Positions 17,748 through 25,735 of a stretch of DNA of 57,697 bases are shown piece after piece. The notes below the pieces were generated by a model. The model was not told the DNA's origin. It saw nothing but the letters and a program-made list of their open reading frames with translations, and made no database searches. The stretch covers positions 1 to 57,697 of the forward strand of contig JAAGZN010000600.1 in assembly GCA_024206165.1 (NCBI GenBank). The letters run 5' to 3'. Position 1 is the first letter of the stretch. The number at the start of each line of letters is the position of its first letter. This stretch comes from Bacteroidota bacterium (GTDB lineage: Bacteria > Bacteroidota > Bacteroidia > Cytophagales > Amoebophilaceae). The translations under genes and the position numbers were made by a program.

Positions 17748-18596
17748 TTAAGCGTTAGGATATCCTCTAAAACGCATATAATATGTCTCTTTTTCAACAT
17801 ATTTTTTTCTTTCTTTTTTAGCTGTTTTCTTTTTAATAAGGTCTTCTAGTTTCATATTAATCCAGTTTGAATTATATTGTTTTTTTCCTTTGGAATTACT
17901 TGAAAAATATTCTGGCTCTAAACCACATCTATGCTTTAATATGCTTTCAATCTCTTGTATTTCTTCGCCGAGTAATTTTTCTTCTGCTTCAAAATCATTA
18001 TATTTTGTTTCTCTCATTCTTTCTTCTTCTGTTGCATAGTGGCCTTTTATATTATCCCAATCAGATATAAATTTTTTTACATCTATTAAGTTACTTAAAA
18101 AGTTTTTAGCATTGTCTGTTATAATAAGCTTCATATATTCCCAATGTATGTCTTTTGTATATAAACCATATCCTTTTTCTATATACCCATAATTACAGTG
18201 TTCTTTTTTTTCCTCTAATATACTTTCAACTATTTTTTTTGCTTCTTCTTTCGTTGAGCTACTATCTATATCGTTTAATAAGCCATAAGAGCCTCCAAAA
18301 CTATCGCATTCGTCTTTAAATATCCTTTCAATACTAGAATCTATATTAACTCCCTCGTGCTTAATATAGCCCATTTTATCTTTGATACATCTATATTTTA
18401 TAAAGATGACAAATCTATTTTTTTTATTTTTAATACATTTTTTATGAAATTGTCCTAATTTTCCACTGTCTTGATTGGTTTCTTCCTCTTTATCAGTATA
18501 GACATATTCATAATCTATTGACTTATCAGATATTACTCGCTTTTTAATTGATAATTTTTTATCTTGCTCTGGAAATAGAGTCATTTGTTGGTTCAT
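17748..18596 (-). CDS. Hypothetical phage protein
   Basis: 282-aa ORF; 4-nt overlap with the upstream gene; charged/coiled C-terminal half; no family recognised. Confidence 0.55.
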   Translation of the reverse strand: MNQQMTLFPEQDKKLSIKKRVISDKSIDYEYVYTDKEEETNQDSGKLGQFHKKCIKNKKNRFVIFIKYRCIKDKMGYIKHEGVNIDSSIERIFKDECDSFGGSYGLLNDIDSSSTKEEAKKIVESILEEKKEHCNYGYIEKGYGLYTKDIHWEYMKLIITDNAKNFLSNLIDVKKFISDWDNIKGHYATEEERMRETKYNDFEAEEKLLGEEIQEIESILKHRCGLEPEYFSSNSKGKKQYNSNWINMKLEDLIKKKTAKKERKKYVEKETYYMRFRGYPNA

Positions 18597-19177
18597 AGTT
18601 TTAGACCCTGTAATTTCTTTTTTTCTTGATTATTCATAAAGGCTAATAGCCAATCAATACCTCCTTTAATAGGTGTATCAAGATAGTTGAAACCATTAAG
18701 CTCTCCCGTTGTATTTTTTTCATATTGTTTAGTATTTATTAAATAATCAACTACATGGATAATACCTTTCTTTAAACTAATTGGTCGAAAAGATATACTA
18801 AGGCAATTATCCCCCTCAAATTTTTCGTCTTTATCAACTCCATTTTTATAAAAATGTATAGATGTTTCGGCCGACAGTCCAAATGGTCCTAAAATATCAT
18901 AGTATCTGTTCTCTAGCTTTTTGTTCATTTCCTCTGCAATAGGCTTTATAATTGCATCTACCCAAGAAATATACTTGAAACTACTTGCCTCTTTTTCATA
19001 AACTTTTACCTTATTTTTAGCTTTCTCTAATTTTTTACTTAATTGTGTTACTTGTTTACTTGCTGTTTCTATATTTTCTACCGCCTCTTTTTCTGCCACA
19101 GCATTGTCTTTTTCAAGCTGTTTACTTTTCTCAAGATAACTATTAACAATATTTTTTACAGATATTGACATTTTCAT
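18593..19177 (-). CDS. Hypothetical phage protein (N-terminal coiled coil)
   Basis: 194-aa ORF; no family recognised. Confidence 0.55.
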   Translation of the reverse strand: MKMSISVKNIVNSYLEKSKQLEKDNAVAEKEAVENIETASKQVTQLSKKLEKAKNKVKVYEKEASSFKYISWVDAIIKPIAEEMNKKLENRYYDILGPFGLSAETSIHFYKNGVDKDEKFEGDNCLSISFRPISLKKGIIHVVDYLINTKQYEKNTTGELNGFNYLDTPIKGGIDWLLAFMNNQEKKKLQGLKL

Positions 19178-19190
19178 ACCTCCTAATATT

Positions 19191-19931
19191 TTATTTATCC
19201 TCTAGTTTTTCTTTTATTACCTCTAAATTTTCATTTTTAACTAACTCTAAAAACTCAAAATATTCTGTTTCAAACTCTTTAAAGGTCTCATAAAATTCTT
19301 TCAATATTTTTACAAAATTTTTATTAAGCCATGTTTCTATATCTTCAAGAGTTGGAAAATCTTTAATAATGTTTTTAATATTGGCTTTACTATAAAAAGT
19401 ATCATATCTGAGACCATACATGTATGGAATATTTATAATATCTGAACTATGATTAAATATAGTTTGTCCTATACAACATAAAGTATATTTATTTTTGGGT
19501 TTATCATTTTCATAGATATATAGCCCTACTTTTAAATTATCTTCATCAAAAAGAGGCTTTAAAAACTTGCCATAACGTCGATCATTCTCTAATCTTTTGA
19601 AATCTAAAAAAGAAATATAATCAACAGTAATAGAGCTCTTATTACTTAAAGCAACCTCTGTAAAATATAGGTATCTTTTTTGCTGCGGCAGAAAAACAGC
19701 GTTTTTATAATTTGTATCAATGCTATCTTTGAGCTCATTAATTTTATTATACTCTTTGTTTGTTAAATCTGAATAATAATTGGATATTTCCCTCTTTTTT
19801 TTATATTCTTCCTCTGATAGTTTTTTTATATTGTCTTCTATCTCTTTTATTTCAGATCCTTTTAAATTACTATTTTTTTTTAGATCATCTCTTTCTTTGA
19901 TATATTGTTTTAAGTATTCTTGTATATTCAT
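19191..19931 (-). CDS. Hypothetical phage protein
   Basis: 246-aa ORF; no family recognised. Confidence 0.55.
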   Translation of the reverse strand: MNIQEYLKQYIKERDDLKKNSNLKGSEIKEIEDNIKKLSEEEYKKKREISNYYSDLTNKEYNKINELKDSIDTNYKNAVFLPQQKRYLYFTEVALSNKSSITVDYISFLDFKRLENDRRYGKFLKPLFDEDNLKVGLYIYENDKPKNKYTLCCIGQTIFNHSSDIINIPYMYGLRYDTFYSKANIKNIIKDFPTLEDIETWLNKNFVKILKEFYETFKEFETEYFEFLELVKNENLEVIKEKLEDK

Positions 19932-19956
19932 TATAATACCCTCTTTTTAATTCAGT

Positions 19957-20595
19957 TTATTTTTTTACATCTTCATCAACATAACCTAAAACTTTTGTAT
20001 ATAATGGAATCCAATGTTTTTGCATAAAATTATACCCTGCACCTGAAACAAACAATAAAGTATTAAAATGTTCTCCGCCTTCCATTACACCAAAACCTAT
20101 TTCGTATAATTCATCTATACAATGTAAAAGTTTATCGCTTAAATAATCACTTCTAACTTCATATAAGGTATTCCACATAGGATAATGTTCGTTCTCATCC
20201 CATAAATCCATAACCTTTGAATATTTATTGCATTTAGCCCATTCACAAAAACTATCAAATTCATCATCTTTTATATTGATTTCTTTACTTTTTTCGCCTA
20301 TATTTTCAAAATATTCTTCCAGCCATTCTTCTTTATCTATCCTGTCAAATACATAATTTTTCATAAGCATATTAAAAGATGGATTTACTATGTTTTCAAA
20401 ATCAGCTCCCTTAAGCATTTTATTAACTAAATTATGTTGTATAAAGTTAAAATCATAATGAAATTTAGTATCTACTTCATCTTTAATCCTTTGCCACTCT
20501 GGATGGCTGTATGTAATTCTATTCATATTTTTATATCTCCTGTTTTTAAAAATATTCTGGCAAGGTAAGGATATAGTCCTTAAAATAAGTTTCAC
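19957..20595 (-). CDS. Hypothetical phage protein
   Basis: The likely true start is ATG 20526 (MNRITYSHPEW), preceded by AACAGGAGATATAAAAAT. C-terminal VSGAGYNFMQKHWIPLY; no family recognised. Confidence 0.55.
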   Translation of the reverse strand: MKLILRTISLPCQNIFKNRRYKNMNRITYSHPEWQRIKDEVDTKFHYDFNFIQHNLVNKMLKGADFENIVNPSFNMLMKNYVFDRIDKEEWLEEYFENIGEKSKEINIKDDEFDSFCEWAKCNKYSKVMDLWDENEHYPMWNTLYEVRSDYLSDKLLHCIDELYEIGFGVMEGGEHFNTLLFVSGAGYNFMQKHWIPLYTKVLGYVDEDVKK

Positions 20596-20718
20596 GTTTG
20601 TCTAGGATTTGTCCCTCGTAGCCTGCTTATTTAATAGTCATATAACTATTCCCTGCCAGTCTAGTTTTTACTTTTGATAAGAAGCATTGAAAACTAGAAA
20701 ACTCGCTCCTGCCCATAA

Positions 20719-20910
20719 TTACAGTTCAGCATAAATAGCTTTTTGCACACCTGAACTTTTTATTTGTTTTTTTGTTGCATTTTTCCAACAGTCATCACAT
20801 ATTACAGGGTATCCATGTTCTTCTTCAAAACATACTCCGCACCACGAACATTGAAACCCACTTATAATATCATCTGCTATTTCGCCCATTTTATTGTTCT
20901 CCTTTTCCAT
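20719..20910 (-). CDS. Small zinc-ribbon protein
   Basis: 63 aa; CSWCGVC...CDDCW (two Cys pairs); has a frameshifted paralogue at 17533..17698. Confidence 0.6.
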   Translation of the reverse strand: MEKENNKMGEIADDIISGFQCSWCGVCFEEEHGYPVICDDCWKNATKKQIKSSGVQKAIYAEL

Positions 20911-20916
20911 AATTTC

Positions 20917-21090
20917 TTACAGATTAACTTTAATATTTTTTAAAATATCTTTTACTTCCATATAAGCTATATATTTACTTGCTCTAAAAAAATTACCTTT
21001 CATTTCAGCGATAGTTGTATCTGCTCTAAAGCCAAAACGTTTTTCAAAAAATTTGATTCTATTTTTTAATTCTATTTCTATTGCTCCCAT
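20917..21090 (-). CDS. Small hypothetical protein (57 aa, below the track cutoff)
   Basis: GGAGG (21103-21099), 8 nt, ATG 21090. MGAIEIELKNRIKFFEKRFGFRADTTIAEMKGNFFRASKYIAYMEVKDILKNIKVNL; stop at 20919-20917. It fills the gap between two genes exactly. Confidence 0.5.
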   Translation of the reverse strand: MGAIEIELKNRIKFFEKRFGFRADTTIAEMKGNFFRASKYIAYMEVKDILKNIKVNL

Positions 21091-21102
21091 AATAAATACC
21101 TC

Positions 21103-21426
21103 CTATATATTATTTCCTTCTCTTTCTATAAACCTTGTTATTGAAGATAAAGGCATTTTGATTTCTACCATTTCAAAATATTTACTGGCTGAGATTGTTT
21201 TGTATCTTTTCTCTTTTCTTTTATTAATTTTATTTTTTATATACTTTAAGGCTGTTTCAGTATTAGGAAATCTTTTTATATACTTATTCAATTTTTCTTT
21301 TGGTAGTCCTATTCTTCCTCTATATGAAGTTACTACTTCTTCTTTTGTTAATTCATCTGTATAAGTATCAAAACCCCAAACCTTAAAGCTGTTAGCCTTT
21401 ATATTCGTATAAATTAATTCAGACAT
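21103..21426 (-). CDS. WGR-domain-like protein (putative)
   Basis: 107 aa; FKVWGF...SYRGRIGLPK...FPNTETALKYIKNKINKRKEKRY resembles the WGR fold signature (W....wGRiG......f.....A...f.k....K...GY). Confidence 0.35.
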   Translation of the reverse strand: MSELIYTNIKANSFKVWGFDTYTDELTKEEVVTSYRGRIGLPKEKLNKYIKRFPNTETALKYIKNKINKRKEKRYKTISASKYFEMVEIKMPLSSITRFIEREGNNI

Positions 21427-21474
21427 AAGCCTCTCCTTTGAAATGGAGCGACATTTTAAGCCGCTCCATATGTT

Positions 21475-21846
21475 TTATGCGTCTAGCAAACTTTCTAACC
21501 AAGCTACCACATCATTGCTAATCTTTTTCTTAAGCCTCGCATACTCCTTTGTTTTGCCTTTTTCTTGAACATAAGCTATTTGACTACCCTGTTCATTATT
21601 TGTGCGAAATATCAATGCTTCTGCACATCTAAAGGTAGTATCCACCCTTATTACAGCTTCACAGCAGTTATCACTATTAAGTAAAATAGCGATAAAATTA
21701 TCTGTGGCTTTTGTAATGGTTAAAGTATTCTTACCTTTTAACTCTTTTTGGAAACCTTGAGCTATTGCATGGTCCTTTAAAAAAGCCTCTAACCCCTGTG
21801 TAATTTTGTCAATATAGATATAAAGTTCTTGATATATATTAATCAT
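21475..21846 (-). CDS. Hypothetical phage protein
   Basis: 123-aa ORF; no family recognised. Confidence 0.5.
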   Translation of the reverse strand: MINIYQELYIYIDKITQGLEAFLKDHAIAQGFQKELKGKNTLTITKATDNFIAILLNSDNCCEAVIRVDTTFRCAEALIFRTNNEQGSQIAYVQEKGKTKEYARLKKKISNDVVAWLESLLDA

Positions 21847-21860
21847 GTCAATATCCTCCT

Positions 21861-22229
21861 TTAAGCTACTTGTTTCTTTAAAAAATCCACTTCGTTTTGT
21901 AGTTTCTTTAAAGTTTTTTTTTGCTTTTCTTTAATAATTTCAGGGCAATAAATAATACAGAAATCTAAATGCTCCCCTTGATGTAACCTCGTTTCAATAT
22001 GCCATCCTGTAATATACTCTTGATTTATAAGAAGCTTTTTAATAATAGCCGTGTCTTCATCTACCCAAAAATTATCTGTATCTGCCTTTAAAAACATAGC
22101 TTTATCAACATTAGAATATTGTGCTACATCATAAAGACAGTACCATCTTGACTTTTTTAAGGTAGTATTAGTATCTTCTTCAAAATGTTCTATAAGTTCT
22201 TTATCTGTGAATATATTTTTTATAATCAT
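21861..22229 (-). CDS. Hypothetical phage protein
   Basis: 122-aa ORF; its ATG overlaps the stop of the upstream small ORF (TCATGA). Confidence 0.5.
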   Translation of the reverse strand: MIIKNIFTDKELIEHFEEDTNTTLKKSRWYCLYDVAQYSNVDKAMFLKADTDNFWVDEDTAIIKKLLINQEYITGWHIETRLHQGEHLDFCIIYCPEIIKEKQKKTLKKLQNEVDFLKKQVA

Positions 22230-22375
22230 GATTTGTTCCTCCTGTTTTTGTTCCTTTTGTAATCATCTATGCAATCCTCTAAAAGCACTTGGCAAAAACA
22301 AAAACCAAATAGCATAATGATTCCGTATATTACTGTAATTATCTTTTCTAATAAGCTCATTGTTTCCCATGACAT
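22226..22375 (-). CDS. Small membrane protein (49 aa, below the track cutoff)
   Basis: AGGAGGTGG, 5 nt, ATG 22375. MSWETMSLLEKIITVIYGIIMLFGFCFCQVLLEDCIDDYKRNKNRRNKS has one TM helix; its stop overlaps the next start. Confidence 0.55.
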   Translation of the reverse strand: MSWETMSLLEKIITVIYGIIMLFGFCFCQVLLEDCIDDYKRNKNRRNKS

Positions 22376-22429
22376 TTTAACCACCTCCTATAAAGGATTG
22401 TGGCGCTGATTTTCTCAGCGTCGCTTATT

Positions 22430-23311
22430 TTAAAGACCTGCGGTTTGCATTTGACCTAGCACATAACTAGCCTGTTGATGATTTAGCAAATTTACTGAAT
22501 CAATCTTGCCGACCGTTTCGTCTTTTCTTTTTGTATATTCCCTTAATTTTGCTTTTCCCTTTTCCTCATCTCCACCTGAAAATCTATCTAGTATTTCTGT
22601 GATTTGTTGATGAGGAGTTTTTGCTTTTTCTCCGCTATTTAACCAGCCCAAAATTTCTTTACCTATAGAAGCTTCAATTATAAAATCCTTTCCATCAAAT
22701 AGGCTGGTGCGGTCTTTTGATACACTGGCCATATGATTTTGGTTAAGGTCAAAGACAACAGTAAACTCATAATCTACAGACTCCCTTTGAATAGGTGCTG
22801 TGCCTTTCTTTTGTATTGTCATCTTATTTGTTTTAGCGTCTGTGCCTGTTTCATAGGCCGTTTTTGATCGCATAGTACCTATTACGTGCATATTGGTTGA
22901 TAAAATAGCGTTGATAAAATTATCATGTCTAGGTGTTACTTTCCCCCATGCTGTGTAACTGTTCCCATCAACCTTTGACACCAAATCCAAACATCCACCC
23001 TTACCGTTCCATTCATGCGACATAGAGTCTATAATCAAAACTCCATAACCCATCTTTTCTGCCGCATCTATCATCCTAATATAAGCCTCTGGAGTATAAG
23101 GCGGTTTTAACTCAACAACATCAAAATTAAACTTGTCAGAATATAAACTCGCTGATCCGTGTTCCGTATCAATTACAGCGACTTTTTCCCCTAAAGTTTT
23201 TGCTAAAGTTTCTGCTAATATCAAAGCTGAATATGTCTTACCGCTACCGCTTGCTCCTTCTATAGCAAGTCTTAATTTGGATTGTTTTTTACTAGCTTTT
23301 TTAAACATCAT
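22430..23311 (-). CDS. AAA_24 / Sak4-like RecA-fold ATPase (phage recombination module)
   Basis: 293 aa; Walker A LAIEGASGSGKTYSAL, Walker B VLIIDSMSH. Position next to a Gp157-like gene is the usual Sak4 module layout. Confidence 0.75.
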   Translation of the reverse strand: MMFKKASKKQSKLRLAIEGASGSGKTYSALILAETLAKTLGEKVAVIDTEHGSASLYSDKFNFDVVELKPPYTPEAYIRMIDAAEKMGYGVLIIDSMSHEWNGKGGCLDLVSKVDGNSYTAWGKVTPRHDNFINAILSTNMHVIGTMRSKTAYETGTDAKTNKMTIQKKGTAPIQRESVDYEFTVVFDLNQNHMASVSKDRTSLFDGKDFIIEASIGKEILGWLNSGEKAKTPHQQITEILDRFSGGDEEKGKAKLREYTKRKDETVGKIDSVNLLNHQQASYVLGQMQTAGL

Positions 23312-23423
23312 AATCCTCCTCGATAACTATATGCTTCCCTGATAAATATTGTCCTCTTTCATCATCAGTTAAGCCTTCATAATCATTGCGTGATATATAA
23401 ACAACATTGCTTTCATCGTACAT
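23301..23423 (-). CDS. Small acidic hypothetical protein (40 aa)
   Basis: GGAGG, 8 nt, ATG 23423. MYDESNVVYISRNDYEGLTDDERGQYLSGKHIVIEEDYDV; overlaps the ATPase start. Confidence 0.45.
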   Translation of the reverse strand: MYDESNVVYISRNDYEGLTDDERGQYLSGKHIVIEEDYDV

Positions 23424-23434
23424 AGTAGAACCTC

Positions 23435-23824
23435 CTAAAATGGTATTTCTTCCTCTATTTCACTTGTTAAATCATTATTTTCAACACTGCTTTCAAGCTG
23501 TACTTCATTTTTTAATTCATTTATTTTTTTATTATTTACATCTTGATTCATTTGCTCATAGTCTATGCTGTGTTGGTACTTTTGATTAACAAGAGCTAAA
23601 AGGTACTCTTCAAACCCCTTACTAGGACATACATAAGAATAATATTTTTGTTCTCCATCTTTTTCGTATGTTCTTGATGGCATAGAAAGCCATAGACCAT
23701 TATTTGTATTCATCAATGTAATACCTCTGAGATGTAAGAAAAAATCAAAAGTTACTTCAACAGAGGCTAATGCTCCTTTGCTTATGTCATCTTTAGGGAT
23801 AACTTTAAGATTTGTAATCTTCAT
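23435..23824 (-). CDS. spoVG: SpoVG-family protein (phage-encoded)
   Basis: N-terminus MKITNLKVIPKDDISKGALASVEVTFDFFLHLRGITLMNTNNGLWLSMPSR parallels the SpoVG pattern (v.v.......klkA.asitld..f.v..irv.....Glfv.mPs.k). Confidence 0.65.
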   Translation of the reverse strand: MKITNLKVIPKDDISKGALASVEVTFDFFLHLRGITLMNTNNGLWLSMPSRTYEKDGEQKYYSYVCPSKGFEEYLLALVNQKYQHSIDYEQMNQDVNNKKINELKNEVQLESSVENNDLTSEIEEEIPF

Positions 23825-23836
23825 AATTAATGCCTC

Positions 23837-24403
23837 CTATTTAAGCCACAAGGTAACAACACTCTCTGTGCTAATACCTTCTGTAATTTGATGATTTTTA
23901 AACGCCTCTTTTGCTTGTCTTTTATCCAGCTTGTATTCCTTCCGAAAGAAATCAGGGTGCTTTTCCAACAGGACTGGCTCAGAGTAGTTATATTTAATTT
24001 GTTGTTTTCTTATGACTTTTTGTCCGGTTGGTAAATCCACTTTGTCTTTCTTAAGAACTTCCATACAATAAAGTAATATGGATTTCATACGAGATATGGA
24101 TTTTTCTAAAGAATTGGAATACTTTTTAATTCTGGCGGTTTCTTGACTACAGAATAAGATTTGATTTTCGAGATATTTGATAGTATTTCTATAGGCGACT
24201 ACTTTTTTATCAAAATTAGCTAAAGTATCAGCTTTCAATTCTTCTAAAACTGATTCTTCATTAATAGTAATTTCACCTGTGGTTGTATCAACTACCTCTG
24301 AATCTTGCTCTAATTGTTCTAATATTTTCAAATCTTCTGTGATTGAAAATAAAGTCAATTTTTGAGTGCTTTTTTCTTGGCTTGTTTTTTGTAAAACTTG
24401 CAT
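23837..24403 (-). CDS. Siphovirus Gp157-like protein
   Basis: 188 aa; coiled-coil N-terminal half, C-terminal ...KQQIKYNYSEPVLLEKHPDFFRKEYKLDKRQAKEAFKNHQITEGISTESVVTLWLK. First gene of the Gp157/Sak4 recombination module. Confidence 0.55.
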   Translation of the reverse strand: MQVLQKTSQEKSTQKLTLFSITEDLKILEQLEQDSEVVDTTTGEITINEESVLEELKADTLANFDKKVVAYRNTIKYLENQILFCSQETARIKKYSNSLEKSISRMKSILLYCMEVLKKDKVDLPTGQKVIRKQQIKYNYSEPVLLEKHPDFFRKEYKLDKRQAKEAFKNHQITEGISTESVVTLWLK

Positions 24404-24434
24404 AATAATATACCTCCTTATTTCTCAAAATAAA

Positions 24435-24482
24435 TTTCTCGAGAAAAGAAAGAATATACCCACAAGTTTTAAAGTCAGTCGA
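24435..24482 (-). promoter_or_regulatory. Possible leftward promoter with a 12-bp palindrome at the transcription start
   Basis: Minus strand TCGACT (24482-24477), 18 nt, TATATT (24458-24453). Perfect palindrome TTTCTCGAGAAA at 24435-24446, plus an extra ATTTCTC direct copy at 24419-24425. Confidence 0.3.
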
Positions 24483-24524
24483 TTATTTCTTGAAGTTTTT
24501 AGGTTGGTATGCTAGAATAGATAC

Positions 24525-24594
24525 TGACTAAGGTTGTCTATTCGTAGATACCGCCCTCACTCTGACTTCGGTTTCTGTGGGGGTTCTTTTTTTT
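24525..24594 (+). ncRNA. Candidate small RNA 1 (about 70 nt), antisense to the leftward operon leader
   Basis: Plus-strand promoter TTGAAG (24490-24495), 17 nt, tgcTAGAAT (24513-24518). 5' hairpin GUCUA-UUCG-UAGAU. Terminator CCCUCAC...UUCG...GUGGGGG (24554-24583) followed by UUCUUUUUUUU. No plus-strand ORF. Confidence 0.5.
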
Positions 24595-24694
24595 CTCTAA
24601 TTTTTTTTATTTTTTACCTCCTTGTTTTAAAATCATTCTCTTACAATCTTTAAAAAATATTGATTTATAGGGACTCCTGTGCTATACTTAAATC

Positions 24695-24777
24695 GTCTAG
24701 GATATAGGATACCCAAATGGTTATAACCCTGTAGCCCCTGCATTAGCTTTCGTTATTGTAGGGGTTTCCTTTTTTTT
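24695..24777 (+). ncRNA. Candidate small RNA 2 (about 80 nt)
   Basis: Plus-strand promoter TTGATT (24660-24665), 17 nt, tgtgcTATACT (24683-24688). Terminator CCCCUGCA (24735-24742) / UGUAGGGG (24757-24764) plus UUUCCUUUUUUUU. The transcript starts at the GTCTAGGAT motif. Confidence 0.5.
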
Positions 24778-25240
24778 AGACATTTATACACCTCAAAAAA
24801 CTAAAAGAATACCCATCACTTAAATCTTTATTTCTTAACTTAGTTAACAAATATTCTCTTGCTGTGTAACTTATTTCTGGAATCCATTCATTAATTACTT
24901 TTACATCTTTAAAAAACGCAAAGTATTCTTTTGCATCTTCAAATGCTTTATTAAGTATTTCATCGCTAATTTCTCTATGACAACTAACAAATTTAGATTG
25001 TGGCATATCATCTCTTGTATTAGTATGTTCATATATATCTTCCATCCCATTAAATGATCCATATTGATATTTACTTATTATTTCTTCGACTAATCTTGCA
25101 GGAACACCATTTATCCAAGAGACATTAACACTATCCCCCATAGAAAAATTATCACTTCTCACACTAAATTTTACATTTGGAAATTTTGATTTTAATTCTT
25201 TTTTAATAGCTTTAGCTGCTAAAGCTGCTTGTGTTTTCAT
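24776..25240 (-). CDS. LPD29-like (polyvalent-protein-associated) domain protein, putative
   Basis: 154 aa; AKAIKKELKSKFPNVKFSVRSDNFSMGDSVNVSWINGVPARLVEEIISKYQYGSFNGMEDIYEH resembles a domain recurrent in phage and plasmid polyvalent proteins. Recalled from memory, not searched. Confidence 0.4.
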   Translation of the reverse strand: MKTQAALAAKAIKKELKSKFPNVKFSVRSDNFSMGDSVNVSWINGVPARLVEEIISKYQYGSFNGMEDIYEHTNTRDDMPQSKFVSCHREISDEILNKAFEDAKEYFAFFKDVKVINEWIPEISYTAREYLLTKLRNKDLSDGYSFSFLRCINV

Positions 25241-25259
25241 TGGTTTATTCCTCCTATTA

Positions 25260-25574
25260 TTATGCTACTTTTTTAATTTTTAGTTTTTCTATTGTTTCTT
25301 CAAAATAATCAAGAACTAAATCACCAACTACTTCATTTGCCGCTGTTATATACCATTCTGTATTTTCAGTAATTAATCCATACTGTTTAACATCACAAAT
25401 TGTAAAAATTTCACCATCTATTGTTCCCTTCCATTGTACTTTCACACCTGCGTTTTTATATTTTTTTGGCCATCCAAAAACTTTTTTAAGGTCTTGGTAA
25501 GTAGTTCCATCTGGAAAACGACCGACATAAAATGTTCTACCCGCATTTAATTTTCTATCTATTTTTAATATCAT
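25260..25574 (-). CDS. Hypothetical protein, first gene of the leftward early operon
   Basis: 104 aa; strong SD AGGCAGGAGG 7 nt upstream of the ATG; no family recognised. Confidence 0.55.
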   Translation of the reverse strand: MILKIDRKLNAGRTFYVGRFPDGTTYQDLKKVFGWPKKYKNAGVKVQWKGTIDGEIFTICDVKQYGLITENTEWYITAANEVVGDLVLDYFEETIEKLKIKKVA

Positions 25575-25627
25575 TTTCTTGCCTCCTGCCTTTTAATTTC
25601 TCGTCGACATTATCGACTCACAATATT

Positions 25628-25656
25628 ATTATATCGTGAAAAAACCAGTTTGTACA
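25628..25656 (-). promoter_or_regulatory. Candidate early promoter
   Basis: Minus strand TGTACA (25656-25651), 17 nt, TATAAT (25633-25628), followed by the inverted repeat GTCGAtaatgTCGAC (about 25603-25617). Confidence 0.4.
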
Positions 25657-25735
25657 CGTTTTTATGATATTTTTTTGGGATAATTTTGCAAAGGAAAGTT
25701 TTTATATTATAGAGGAGGATAAACAAAAATATTTT

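Larger units (their letters stand above)
4944..25574 (-). mobile_element. Phage-derived region: packaging, integrase, moron-like and early/recombination modules; no capsid, tail or lysis genes in the window
   Basis: Contains TerS, TerL, portal, MuF-like, RusA, Com-like, ParB-like plus Dcm, tyrosine integrase, YopX-like, AAA_24 ATPase, Gp157-like and SpoVG-like genes, all co-directional. Confidence 0.75.

Noticed and set aside
11354-24703. Reading the minus-strand TAGACA core of the recurring motif as a -35 hexamer of leftward promoters.
   Set aside because: I checked 16-19 nt downstream of each copy and found no acceptable -10 hexamer at any of them. At 12750 the motif lies downstream of a complete promoter.
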